Assembly (NCBI GenBank): GCA_026770705.1
Contig: JANJGN010000026.1
Location: 23,994,001-24,058,000, forward strand
DNA: 64,000 bases
DNA from: Isurus oxyrinchus
Taxonomy: Eukaryota
Direction: 5' to 3'
Within the stretch, counting starts at the first letter, position 1. Each line of letters begins with the position of its first letter. Below, one piece after another: positions 37,001-48,980 of this stretch. The notes beneath the pieces were generated by a model that saw only the letters and a list, made by a program, of their open reading frames with translations, made no database searches and had not been told where the DNA came from. A program made the translations under genes and the position numbers.

Positions 37001-38730
37001 ATAGACAGGATGGTCAAATGGGCCAATAAGTGGCAGATGGAATTTAACCCTGAAAAGTGTGAGGTGATGCACTTTGGAAGAAGTAATTTGACAAGGAAGT
37101 ATTCAATGAACGACATGACACTAGGTAGTTCTGAGGAACAAAGGGATCTTGTCGTGTGTGCCCATAGATCTCTGAAGGCGGTGGGGCATGTTAGTGGGGT
37201 GGTGAAAGTGGCATATGGGACACTTGCCTTTATCAATCGAGGCATAGATTATAAAAGTAGGGAGGTCATGTTGGAATTGTATAGAACCTTTGAGAAGCCA
37301 TAGCTGGAGTACTGTGTACAGTTCTGGTCGCCACATTATAGGAAGGATGTGATTGCACTGGAGGGGGTGCAGAGGAGATTCACCAGGATGTTGCCTGTGA
37401 TGAAACATTTAAGTTTTGAAGAGAGTTTGGATAGACTTGAGTTGTTATTGTTGGAGCAGAGAAGACTGAGGGGCGGCCTGATCGTGGTGTACATGATTTT
37501 GAGGGACATGGACAGGGTGCATAGGGAGCAGCCGTTCCCTTAGTTGAAAGGTCAGTCACGAGGAGGCATAAGTTCAAGGTGAGGGGCAGGAAGTTTAGGG
37601 GGATGTGAGGAAAAACTTTTGTTACCCAAAAGGTGGTGACGGTCTGGAATGCACTGCCTGGGAGGGTGGTGGAGGCGGATTGTCTCACATCCTTTAAAAA
37701 GTACCTGGATGAGCACTTGGCACGTCAAAACATTCAAGGCTATGGGCCAAGTGCTGGTAAATGGGATTTGGTAGGTAGGTCATGTGTTTCTCACGTGTCA
37801 GTGGGCCTCTTCTGCACTGTGTGATACTGTGATTCCGTGAAAGATAGGTAAGAAAGTAACTTGTGAAGAGGAGATAAAGGGTCAGCAAAGGGATTTCGAT
37901 GGATTAAGTGAGTGGGAAAAAATATGGCAGATGCAGTATAACGTGGGAAAATATAAATTTATCCACCTTGGCAGGAAGAATACAAAAACAGCATATTATT
38001 GAAAGGGGGAGGGATTGCAGAACACTGAAGCACAGAGGGACCTGGATCCCTTGGTGCATGAATTACAAAAAGTTACAATACAGGAACAGCAAAGGGAATG
38101 TTGTCATTTATTACAAGGGAATAGAATATAAAAGCAAGGATGTTTTGCTAAAGTTTAACAAGGCGTTGGTGAGACCTCGTCTGAATTACTGTATGCGGTT
38201 TTGGTCTCCTTTACGATAAGATATAAAAGCATTAGAAGCTGTTCAGAGAATGTTCATTCAACTGATGCTGAGAGGTGTTGTCGGTTATCTTATGAGGAAA
38301 GTTTGGATAGGCTGGGCCTGTATCCATTGGAGTTTAGTAGAATGAGAGCTGATTTTATTGAAACATATAAGATCCTGAGGGGAATTGACAGGGTGGATGC
38401 TGAAAGGATGTTTCCCCTTGTGGGAGAGACTAGAAACAGGGAACACAATTTATAAGTTAGAGGTCTCCCATTTCAGACAGAAATGAAGGGGTTTTATTTC
38501 CCTCTCAAAGGGTCGTGAAACTTTGGAACTCACTTCCCCGAAGAGAGATGGAGTCATTAATATTTCAAGGCAGAGGTAGAGAGATTCTTCATTGACACGG
38601 GAGTCAAAGATGAGCGGAGAGTAGGCGGGAATGTGGAGTTAACGTCACAATCAGATCAGCTATGATCGTATTGAATGATGGAGGAGGCTCGAAAGGCCGA
38701 ATGGCCTACTCCTGCTCCTGATTCGCATGT
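34070..38730 (+). mobile_element. Old CR1-type LINE (34070-34775 plus 37841-38730), split by a nested CR1
   Basis: RT motifs [21 protein letters not shown] and KFADDTK break at 34775 and resume as IGKKVTCEE at ~37844. Confidence 0.85.
34776..37840 (+). mobile_element. Nested CR1-type LINE (endonuclease plus RT, disrupted)
   Basis: YFNARS, GDFNFP, HGFVRGRSCLTNL, YMDFSKAF, QGSVL and FLDDTK motifs with stops and frameshifts. Same 3' tail as 1-305. Confidence 0.9.
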
Positions 38731-39271
38731 TCATATGTATATACGACTGGAAAATGTCGTACTTACTGTAACTGGTATTCAGTTTAGAGTTCTATGGTCA
38801 TTATATAGGTACCACCACAAAGGTACTTTCGAAGGGTCGTTGCTATTCTTAGTTTAGCAGGGACGTGGAGAGGGGAGGAGGCATCAGTCAATTTGAACAG
38901 AGCCAATTTCCAAAACTGCAATGATTTAAATGATACAAAGTGCTGCTGTTTGAGATATAAACTGTGGCCGGAATAATGGGGAAAATCCTCTGTTCTTCTA
39001 CTTTAATCTAATGAAAGGTACATTATTCAGATGGTATCAAATTGTTTTAATAATGTGATAGAGGTGGAGAAAGAGGTGTGGGTTTCTGAAGAGGGAATCG
39101 ACAGGTGAGGATGACCAAATGATGGAAATAATAGAAGTTCAAATGTCGATGTAGGTTTTAGCTGGAGTATATTAGGATATCCTTATAGTTATAGTCAAAA
39201 TTTTAGTTGTTTGGTTGCTTAATGACCACAACTCACAGAGTCTCACTTGTTCAATCGCCATTCTTTCCCAG

Positions 39272-39571
39272 CGACACCATCTTCGCCCACTCTCTACAGC
39301 CTGGTCTCCCCCTGTCAGCAACACAACACAGACGGTGCCGTCACCTACGGCTGTTTGGCGATGGACTACTCCCCAGAAATCACCAGCCTGACCTGGAAGA
39401 AAGATGGGCAGCCGATCACCACTGGATTTAAGACTTACCCGTCAGTGAGAAACCAGAAGGGAACCTACACCCTGAGCAGCCAGTTAACCATTACCGAGTT
39501 AGAGGGGGAATGCGGCAAAATCAAGTGTGAGGTTCGACAATTCGTCTCAGGCAAGAGCATTGGAATGCCAT
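39272..39571 (+). CDS. IGHM: IgM Cmu1 exon
   Basis: ttctttcccag|(A)[15 protein letters not shown]...[10 protein letters not shown]...LTWKK...YTLSSQL...CEVR...GMP T|gtaagt. Open frame. Confidence 0.96.
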
Positions 39572-39782
39572 GTAAGTGTTGGGGAACCTGTGAGAAACAG
39601 AAAGGTTGTGATTAACCTGTATAGGGCCTTGGTTATAACGCATCTATAGTGCTCTGCATAGTTCTAATCCCTGGGAAATCCAGGTTAGTTTCAATTTACC
39701 GCAAAGAGCCTGTTACAACGTTACTGATTGTATCAATTATCAATTTCTTCTGCAAGAAATGTCTAACCTATGTATCTTGAAG

Positions 39783-40103
39783 GTTCTCCAATTGAGATAT
39801 TCCCTCCAATTGTTCTCCTCACCGTGAGCTCCCGGGAAGAAATCAGAATCAACAAATTTGCAACCGTCGTCTGTTCAATCATCGATTTCCGTCCAAAGTC
39901 AATCGCCATGAAGTGGCTGAAGAATGGACAACCCATGGATTCAGGAATTGTCAACTCTCCCGCCTTTGAAGTGAACGGGAACGGGAACTTCTCGGCGACC
40001 AGTCGGCTGAAAGTCTCCGCTGGGGAATGGTTCACCGACGCGGTCTATACCTGTCAGGTCACTCATCAAGGGGTCACCCAAAGTCGAAACACCACCGGGC
40101 CTG
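39783..40103 (+). CDS. IGHM: IgM Cmu2 exon
   Basis: ttgaag|(C)[12 protein letters not shown]...[19 protein letters not shown]...NFSATSRL...YTCQVTH...NTTGP G|gtaaga. Confidence 0.96.
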
Positions 40104-40459
40104 GTAAGAGATACAACCCCATTTCCGTAACTGTTACCGCTTTGGAATAGTGTCGGAAAGTGCATCCACTCTATTCATAAAACGGCGTTCAGTACAGCAT
40201 TCCAGGGCCCAAGAATGCTATATTTGTATTGGGACTGGGGCAACGCACATTCATTAGAATGTTTCCGGGGCTGAACGACTTAAATTATGAGAACAATTTA
40301 CACAGACTAAGGTGGCTTTGCATTGTGTAAAGATTAAAGACAATAGTTAAAGGTTGATATGTCCAAGGTGATTTATTCTCCTTTGGAGAGTGAAGGCTGA
40401 ATACTGCTGTCCTGGTTTTGAAGGTGAAGCTTTGGTTGATTTTCATTTCTGTCTCACAG

Positions 40460-40768
40460 ATGATTCCCACTGCCTCAACGATCCCACAATTACTGTACTG
40501 CCACCGTCAATAGAACAGGTCTTACTGGAGGCGACGGTGACCTTGACCTGCATCGTTTCTAATGCTCCTTATGGAGCTCTCGTGTCCTGGACCCAAGAAA
40601 AGAAGCCTTTGAAATCAGAGATTGCCGTCCAACCGGGAGAGGATCCCAACAGCGTGGTCAGCAACGTAAACATCTCAACACAAGCCTGGCTGAGTGGGGC
40701 TGAGTTCTACTGCGTGGTGAGCCATCAGGATCTGCCGACTCCTTTGAGAAGTTCCTTCCACAAGAGAG
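40460..40768 (+). CDS. IGHM: IgM Cmu3 exon
   Basis: ctcacag|(D)[30 protein letters not shown]...VSW...[15 protein letters not shown]...HKR G|gtgagc. Confidence 0.96.
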
Positions 40769-40990
40769 GTGAGCGGTGAGATTGAAGCAATAAATGAGTC
40801 ATTGTGTCTATTTCCAAGGTAAGTGCTAGGGTCAATATTTCGTATCCTGTGTACTACTCTGATTGGCAATTTTACTAATTAAACGCTCTGGGCCTGTAGA
40901 CTTTAAGGGGCAAATTGATAAGTAAATGAATGAACAATGAATTGAAGGCTGTGCTATTGAGTTTAGATGAAGTAAGGTGGGAGGAGCCTG

Positions 40991-41451
40991 GTTGGCAGCT
41001 GCCTTCCCCAAAACGGCCAAGGAGGAGGAGGAAGGTGAGATCAATTTACTTTGTGCCAACCATTTGTCCGCCGCCTGGGACCAGTAAACACCCGCACAGA
41101 CTAGCTGGGCCGAATGGCCTTTTTCTGTGCTGTAAAGTTTAAGCAACTTTCTAATGCAACTTCTTCAGTTCTCAGATAAAAGGATTGTATCTGTAAGATG
41201 TTGGATTCGGGGGCCAAAATGCCTAAAAGGACAGTCGGCTGGTCATCAGAAAATTTAAAATTTTAAAAAAGTTTATTAAGAAACAACAGTTTAGTCATGA
41301 TGCAGGAATTCATTAGACCGGAAACGTATACGACGGGTGACAGCTGACAGCAGTTTACTGGTCCCCTGTGGCGGACAAACGGTTGGCACAAAGTGAATTG
41401 ATCTCACCTTCCTCCTCCTCCTTGGCCGTTTTGGGGAAGGCAGCTGCCAAC
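40991..41451. repeat. 99 bp inverted repeat (40991-41089 / 41353-41451) with a 263 nt loop
   Basis: The arms are reverse complements with 5 mismatches by manual comparison. Confidence 0.92.
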
Positions 41452-42067
41452 GGGCATTGCAACCTCACCACGGCACCTCACCAGCATATGGCCCCACCAG
41501 GACCTAGGCCCTGTGCTTGAGCACTTGTTAATATAACCTTTATCTGAGGGCTGCAAACTTTTCTGACCAATGGTTACAGGACATGTACCCAAAGTGTCAG
41601 GGTGGTTACCACATCCCCAACTTCCTGTTCGTCCCCCTGCTCGAGGTCAGATTTTAAGTTTACATCATGCTGATGCTCACACCCTGGTCCTTTCTAAACA
41701 TTTGCATAGACGATGGGGTGTACAAGACTCCAGCCGACCAGCTCAGAAATGTCAACATTCCCAAGCAGCCTGAACTGAGATTGTTTCGAGGTCAAAGTGT
41801 TTAGAAACCCTGTTTACAGAAAGAGGATCTATACTATTTAGCAAATCCTTTAAAGGTACATTATTATCCAGAAAATAGCAAGTTTTGAAGACCCCAATTT
41901 CTTAGACATCCAACTCTGCTCCGAGCTGGAAAACCAGACAGATCTCAAAGTGGAAAATGGAAGCCTTTAAGATTCAGTACAAAGCCCATTTCTCTCACAT
42001 CAAAGCAGCGTTTTTTTTTGGCTCTGAAATTGTCCAGTTTATTAACAGTTATTGTAATTTTATGCAG

Positions 42068-42459
42068 GTTATAATCTGCGGGAACCGTTCGTGTCTGTCC
42101 TCCTGCCGTCGGCAGAAGATGTCTCCGCTCAGAGATTCGTCTCCCTCAGCTGCTTAGTGAGAGGTTTCTCCCCGCGAGAGATCTTCGTCAAGTGGACAGT
42201 CAATGACAAGCCGGTGAATCCCGGGAACTACAAGAACACCGAGGTAGTGGCGGAGAACGGCAATCGCTCCTTCTTCATGTACAGCCTGTTATCCATTGCA
42301 GCGGAGGAGTGGGCCAGCGGCGCTTCTTACTCCTGTGTAGTGGGACATGAAGAGATCCCCTTGAAGATCATCAACAGAACGGTTGATAAATCCAGCGGTA
42401 AACCGAGTTTTGTGAACATTTCCCTTGCACTGATGGATACCGTTAATTCATGTCAATGA
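42068..42459 (+). CDS. IGHM: IgM Cmu4 exon plus secretory tailpiece
   Basis: tatgcag|(G)[42 protein letters not shown]...YSCVVGHE...[23 protein letters not shown]. Tailpiece has an N-glycan sequon and penultimate Cys. Internal membrane-form donor G|gtaaac after 42397. Confidence 0.97.
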
Positions 42460-42486
42460 GAATCTCTCGTTTATATTTCAAACTTC

Positions 42487-42502
42487 AATAAAAAAAAATA
42501 AA
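42487..42502 (+). terminator. Secretory-form polyadenylation signals
   Basis: AATAAA at 42487 and 42497, about 30-40 nt after the stop, followed by T-rich sequence. Confidence 0.8.
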
Positions 42503-43449
42503 GTCCTTTTCCGCAATCGTGATTTAACTTCACAATCGCTTATTTAATGTTGTTTCCCGCTTTTGCTAATGTTAGACCTGTTTAGTTAAAATCGGATATT
42601 TACAGGGCCCAGACCAAAGTCTTGCACACCCAGTGCTCCCAGCTCAGATACACCCTGGGTTAGAGACAGAGTAAAGCTCATTCATTGCGGGATTGCGCAA
42701 AATAGCTTCACTAACTCTCCTCCCACTGCGGAGAAATCTGACAATTTCCCATTTCCGACAATCACAGCATATTTAGATCTGGGTGTTCCTGCTTCTCTTA
42801 TTGTCCATCCCTTTAGAATGGATGTCTGCTTTAAGCTGCTGCATCACACCCGCTGGGAACTGAAGTGAGGGTCATACAGGAACATTTATCAACATTCCCT
42901 CATCGGGGAAAGGGAGAAGGGAAATTGTTGACCCACTTCCCCAACAGAGAGAAGGGAAAGTGAAATTGTTAACCCACTGTATCTCCACTTTCCCAACAGA
43001 AGGTGAAGTAAACCCACTGTCCCTCGACTTCTCAGGCAAAGAGGGAGGGAGGGGGATAAATTATCCACTATCGCTCCAATTCCCCAGTAAGAGAAGGGGG
43101 AAAGGTTATTAGTTAACTCAGTTTACCTCCAACTCCTTAGCAGAGAAAACCGAAAGTAAATTGCTTCGCCGACAAGAGAGAGGGAGACTACTAACTCACT
43201 ATACTCCTATTCCCCGAGCATTGAATCGGGAAGGGAATGGATCTCTACTGCAAGGACTCAGTTGCCAACAGTACAAGTCAGTTTACTGGCCAAAAAGTTT
43301 TAGCACCATTGTTCCTGTTAATCTTATGCTAGCATTGAATTCACATAATCCAAATCTAAACTGGTGATTGAATCCTCTATGGGTTTTCAATGTTCTCTTA
43401 CTGAGTTTTATGGAACTTGGACCTATTCTAAAAATACATACAACTGATA

Positions 43450-44600
43450 AAACTACACACATCTGACACAGACACAAACTTACAGATACACACGTGTACN
43501 NNNNNNNNNNNNNNNNNNNNNNNNNNNNNNNNNNNNNNNNNNNNNNNNNNNNNNNNNNNNNNNNNNNNNNNNNNNNNNNNNNNNNNNNNNNNNNNNNNNN
43601 NNNNNNNNNNNNNNNNNNNNNNNNNNNNNNNNNNNNNNNNNNNNNNNNNNNNNNNNNNNNNNNNNNNNNNNNNNNNCGCACAAATACACACACAGACGTA
43701 CAAATGTACACACATACACATAGAGACATAGACACACACACACACATACACACAAATACACATCCACAAACACACATACTTACACACATACACGTACACA
43801 TGAATTCACACGCAGACAAATACACACACACACACAAATGCACACACACATGCACAGGCAAACACACACTCAAAGACATATGCAAGTACAGAGATCCACA
43901 CAAGTACACGCACATGCAAGCACACAGGCAAATATACACAGGCACACATAATCAAACAGTTGCAAAGACAAACATATAAAATCAGGCAATCAGACTTACA
44001 AAAGTACACGAAGCACAATTGTAACCATTAACATATGCATTAGCACACGTTCACGATGACAGAAATTTAGACGTAAAGGCACACATTAACACACATACAT
44101 TGACATACATTAACAGACTACACACTGGCACACAAACAAATAGATGAAAAGACATGTCGACACAAAATTTGCATACTCATATATACGGGAACATATGGAG
44201 GCATAAAGGCACATCAATACCTTCTTACAGAAATCAACCAACACATAATGCATATTTTCACACACACACACACACGCACGGACACTCATGGAGACACACA
44301 CTTGGAAAACAAATAGACAAATTAACACAAACATTAGCAGGCATGAACACATAAACACACACTAACACAGGCATTCATAAATAAATATAGACTTCAACAC
44401 ATAAACACACACAATAACACATTCATTCTACACGTTGACAGAAACACAAAATATACGCAGTCACACAAATGCACAAATCAACGCTGGCACATGAACACAC
44501 ACATTAACTCTCGTATACAAATATGGAAAAAAAAACAAAGAGTAATGTAACGCACGAGATACTCATGCACAGATACACAAACGCTAAAGCATAACAAAAA
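43450..44600. repeat. (CA)-rich tract spanning an assembly gap
   Basis: Directly visible in the sequence. Confidence 0.9.
43500..43676. other. Assembly gap (177 N)
   Basis: Run of N. Confidence 1.
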
Positions 44601-45151
44601 CGCCAGCCTAATGATGAGAACATTGTTCAAACGTACTTTTTAAAGGACATATCCACCGACAGTTGTCCCTATTACACAATGACCCGACAAATGCATTGAA
44701 GCACTGTTCTTGCTGAGAAATTATTTAAGTTATTGACGTGCCAAATATTTCCATTACAAATAAATAAACATAATGGCAACTCACATCCGACCTTTTAAAC
44801 AGCAATGTTCACAGTTTCCAAAAAAAGTAGCTCATGAACCACTCCCGATATCCATCATAATATTCTCCAATAATAGGTCGTACGAAATTGTTCGAAAATG
44901 AACTGATATTGAAAAAAAATTGTCATACTTTTGACATGGACTACATGATGAATGTTAAGAAATAACAGCTGTGGCGATAGTTATAGGGATAGGTTGCTGA
45001 GTGTCACGAACTTAACAATAGATATACATTGAACATTAAACTAGAGAATAGTTTAATAGCTTAAGAAAGAGAAAGAAGGATATAAAACAACAGTAAGAAA
45101 TCCAGGATTAATAAACAATCTAATTATATTTCCTGCGTTATATCCCCATAG

Positions 45152-45279
45152 ATTCAACCGACCACACCTGGATTGAAGACTCTGAGGATGATAATGGCAA
45201 CATCTGGACAACCGCTTCCACATTCATCATCCTGTTCTTCCTGAGCATATCCTACAGCGCTGCCGTCACTCTGGTGAAG
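45152..45279 (+). CDS. IGHM: IgM transmembrane exon TM1
   Basis: tatccccatag|(D)STDHTWIEDSEDDNGNIWTTASTFIILFFLSISYSAAVTLVK|gtgaga. Acidic spacer plus the conserved antigen-receptor TM motif. Phase matches the Cmu4 donor. Confidence 0.95.
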
Positions 45280-46309
45280 GTGAGAAGATTCAATCCTCTC
45301 ACACCTCAAACTGACAGGAGCAGTTTGAAAAATCTCTCAATGTTTCATTGATTAAAACTTTAACATAAATACCCCAGATCATAGACATCTGCTTCATTAT
45401 TTACCCTCTTTTACAAATCAATTGATCGGTTGAATTTTGGACACCATAGTTTTTTTAGCGCTTTATTAAGTTCTCTGTATCCCGAATTAAAAATATGTCC
45501 TCTTGATGACTCTAAATGTGAAATACATTTAGTTTGTGATTCCGATTCTTTAACTGAGACAATCATGAGGGCATTTCTGATTTCCTGTTTGAAATGTGCG
45601 ATGTAATTGTGGCTGTATTGTAATGGTAGCTTATAATTTCCCTATAGTTTGAATTCCCTGTGTAAATAAGTAACTTTTCACTTTCCACATTCACAATTGT
45701 TCCCTTTACGTTGAGCTCCTGTTTTCTCCTTCTGGTGTCTCTTACAGTTGTACATGCAGCTGGCAGCTCAGAGCGAACGTGTTCTGTTCTCAATGTGACT
45801 CTCAGTCATTATATTCACTTCAGTTAATTTTAAAATAAACTTTTCTGAAAATGTTCCCTGAAATTGTTATGTGAATGTGAAACGAACTATGACTTTGCTG
45901 AACTCCTTTCTCCCAAGCCGATAGACACTGCTCCACTTTTCCTGTTACACGGTTCTCCCCCTTTTTCCCAGACAGGTATTTTTCATCAGTCCTGCCTGGG
46001 ATGTGTTTGAACCCAAGGCCCTTCGGTAAAAGAGTCACTGCGCCACCGAACGGCCAATCCGTGTAAAGGGACCTGGATCTCTGCCTTTTAATGGCAAACT
46101 CTAGAGGCAGAATGATTGCGCCGCGAGGAGAACCTCGGTGATTTCAGTCATATTCTGGTCTGTCACAGTCACATAGAAGGGAATTGTAAACTGCAGGGCT
46201 CCGCTTCATCAAAGGGCGGTATATGGAGGAAAAAAATTTCCTTTACACCGTCCCATCAAACACTCCCAGGGTCGGTGCAGCAGGTATTCGATACAGAGTA
46301 AAGCTTTCT

Positions 46310-46650
46310 TTTTCTCGTTATTCTTTCACGGGATGAGGTGTCGCTAGCAAGGCCAGCATTTGTTTCTCATCTTAATTGCCCTTGAGCTGTTTGGCTTCCT
46401 AGGACATTTCAGAAGGCAATTAAGAATCAACCACATTACTGTGAGTCCGGAGTAACATATAGGCCAGGCTGGGTAAAGATGACTGATTTCCTTCCCAAAG
46501 GAAATTAGAGGGGAAGATGGGTTTTAATGACAATTAATGATAGTTGTCATAGTCACCATTACTGAGTGAAGATTTCAATTCAAAACTTTATTAATTGATT
46601 TCACATTCCAACAGCTGCCATGTTGGGATTTGAACCCAAGTTCCCAGTGA
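46310..46650 (-). mobile_element. tRNA-derived SINE (same family as 19622-20210)
   Basis: GGCCAGCATTT...TAATTGCCCTTGAG...GGGATTTGAACCC (box B on the minus strand). Confidence 0.7.
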
Positions 46651-48659
46651 AGGATTGCTTACCCGTCTGAAGGGCTCGGAATGATATTTAATAATGGGTG
46701 GAGTTCGTGTTTAATCTCTTTCCCTGTTCCAGTCTCCCTCCCATTCTCTACCCCTCGACTATTCAGGGCATCTCTCCCCTCTTAGTTACATTTATTTTAA
46801 CCACCCCCGCTGTGCTTCCCAGTTTCTCGGTCCTTTCCTCAGTCTCGGACAGTATCAGTGGGCGCACGGCCCCTTTATAATGCCAAGGACTCGCTCCCTC
46901 GGTGTCACAGTCCTGAGTCAGTCTCACAGGCGGCACAAACTTCACCGCTCAGGAGAGAATGGAGACAGCCCATGATCTTCCGCCCCTGAATCAATGCGGT
47001 TAATAAACAATCTCGGTGCAGTGACGTGCGGAAAGCATTGTGGGGTCATCCACTGCAGGGCCAATTGGCGTCAGCCATGTTTGTGTGACTTCACACCCTG
47101 CTCATATCTGCCATTAATTGAAGAGAAAATTGACGTTAGATCTCATCAGAACCATCAGTCAACCTGATCTCTCATTGGACCATGAAATGCAATGATTCCG
47201 AGAGCCCACTATCTTAAACTTCTGTTCTATAACAGCGTCAGTTTATGACGCTGCTTCTAAATGTCATGACAGTGTCATGACAGAGTAAAGTTTTCTATAA
47301 ACCCCAGCTGACATGTCCCAGCAGATGATGTATGCCAGGCGGACCAAATCCACAAGGGAAACGTGGCCACGCTATCACAACGGTTTTGCAATTTGTATTT
47401 GTTACGAGAAGATTTGTGCACTGAATTCAGAAGTAATGAGTCCACTAGCACCATTAGAGATTTTAAAAACTAAATTAAAACATTTATTAACAAAAGAAGA
47501 GATTTCAAGCACATTCGTAAGATTACAGTTACTTAATACTATAACAAATCCCAAAATGCATAATTAACCTCGTTCCCAACGATACAACCTCAATAAGACA
47601 GCTGTCCAAAATAAATTTTAAATTTAAATAGCAGGCAAGAAAGTTTACTGCAGCACCTAACAGCGGAATTCCAAAGGCTATCCTCCACATTTGGTTACTG
47701 GACCCAGCAGACATCTGCTGAAGTGGCTGGAGGCTTCCAATGTTCCACGGTCCAGCTAGATCTTACATGGCCCCCCAACATAGCCTTCCATTCCTCTTCA
47801 AGTGTGATTCTCTTTAATCTGTAAATTCCATTGTTCTTTAAGTCTTTCGAAATTTACTTTTCTCATGATATAAAAAAAATGTTTATGTTGCGAATATGGT
47901 CAGTGCCTTTGGGAAAATAAACACACTGCTTGACCGTGCTTATCTTCCTCCACTTATCTAAAAATGCGAATTTCCTTCACGCCCTACATGCTAAGGCCTC
48001 ATCCATGTTTACTCATTAGCATTTAAAATACCTTTTACTCCTAAGTTATTTTGATAATTTCAGGCTTGCATTCTATCTGACTCTAATTCAATTAAATCAC
48101 AGACAGAACCATCTACATTCACACCCATAAACCTGTTTTACAATAGATCACAATAATATAATGAAAATATTTGTTAGTTTCATGACACAGCTCTGACCTG
48201 TGACACTGCTGAACTGTCTGCTCTGTAAGTTTGGTCAAAGATGCCTTGAGAGATGCCAGATTGAAATCTGCCTGTGAAATATAGATTCTAAATGAAAATA
48301 TTCGCGAATATTGCTGGATTGTCTTTATGGCAGATTAATATGTTTTTATTGAGTTGATTTCATTATTTTGCAACTGTTGCCCTTTTGCACCGTTTGTGTT
48401 ATATTGATGCCGAGATTATCTGACTCAGTTTTCTTGCATTCCCTAGTCACAAATACAATACATGTCCAGTTGCATAAAATAGATGGACTTCACTTTAAGT
48501 AGTCCAAAATTGGTCATGTTTGGTTGTTAATTTCATCAGAAAGAAGTCTTGCCATCTCCCTAAACATCAAATGAAGGCATCAATCAAAATTGGCTAAATC
48601 TATGAACCTATGGTGATTTATGTTTTGTAATGGATGGTTAATCGGCATTTTGGATCAAA

Positions 48660-48718
48660 AGGTTGTGTGTGTCTGTGTGTGTGTCTGTGTCAGCTTGTCT
48701 GCCTGTGGGCGCCTGTCT

Positions 48719-48760
<42 letters not shown>

Positions 48761-48980
48761 GTGTGTGTGTCTGTGCCTTTGTGTGTGTGCCTGTCTGTGC
48801 ATGTGTGCCTGAGCCTTTGTATTTTTGTGTTGTCTCTCTGTTTGTGCATATGTGTCTGTGTGTGCGCGCGCGTTTGTGAATGTGTGTGTGTGTGTTTTTG
48901 TGTGTGAGTGTGCGTGTGTTGGCCTGCCTGTTTGTTTGTAGGTTGTGTGTGTATGTGTGTGTGTTTGTCTGTTTGTGGAC
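48660..48980. repeat. (TG)n-rich tract
   Basis: Directly visible in the sequence. Confidence 0.95.
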
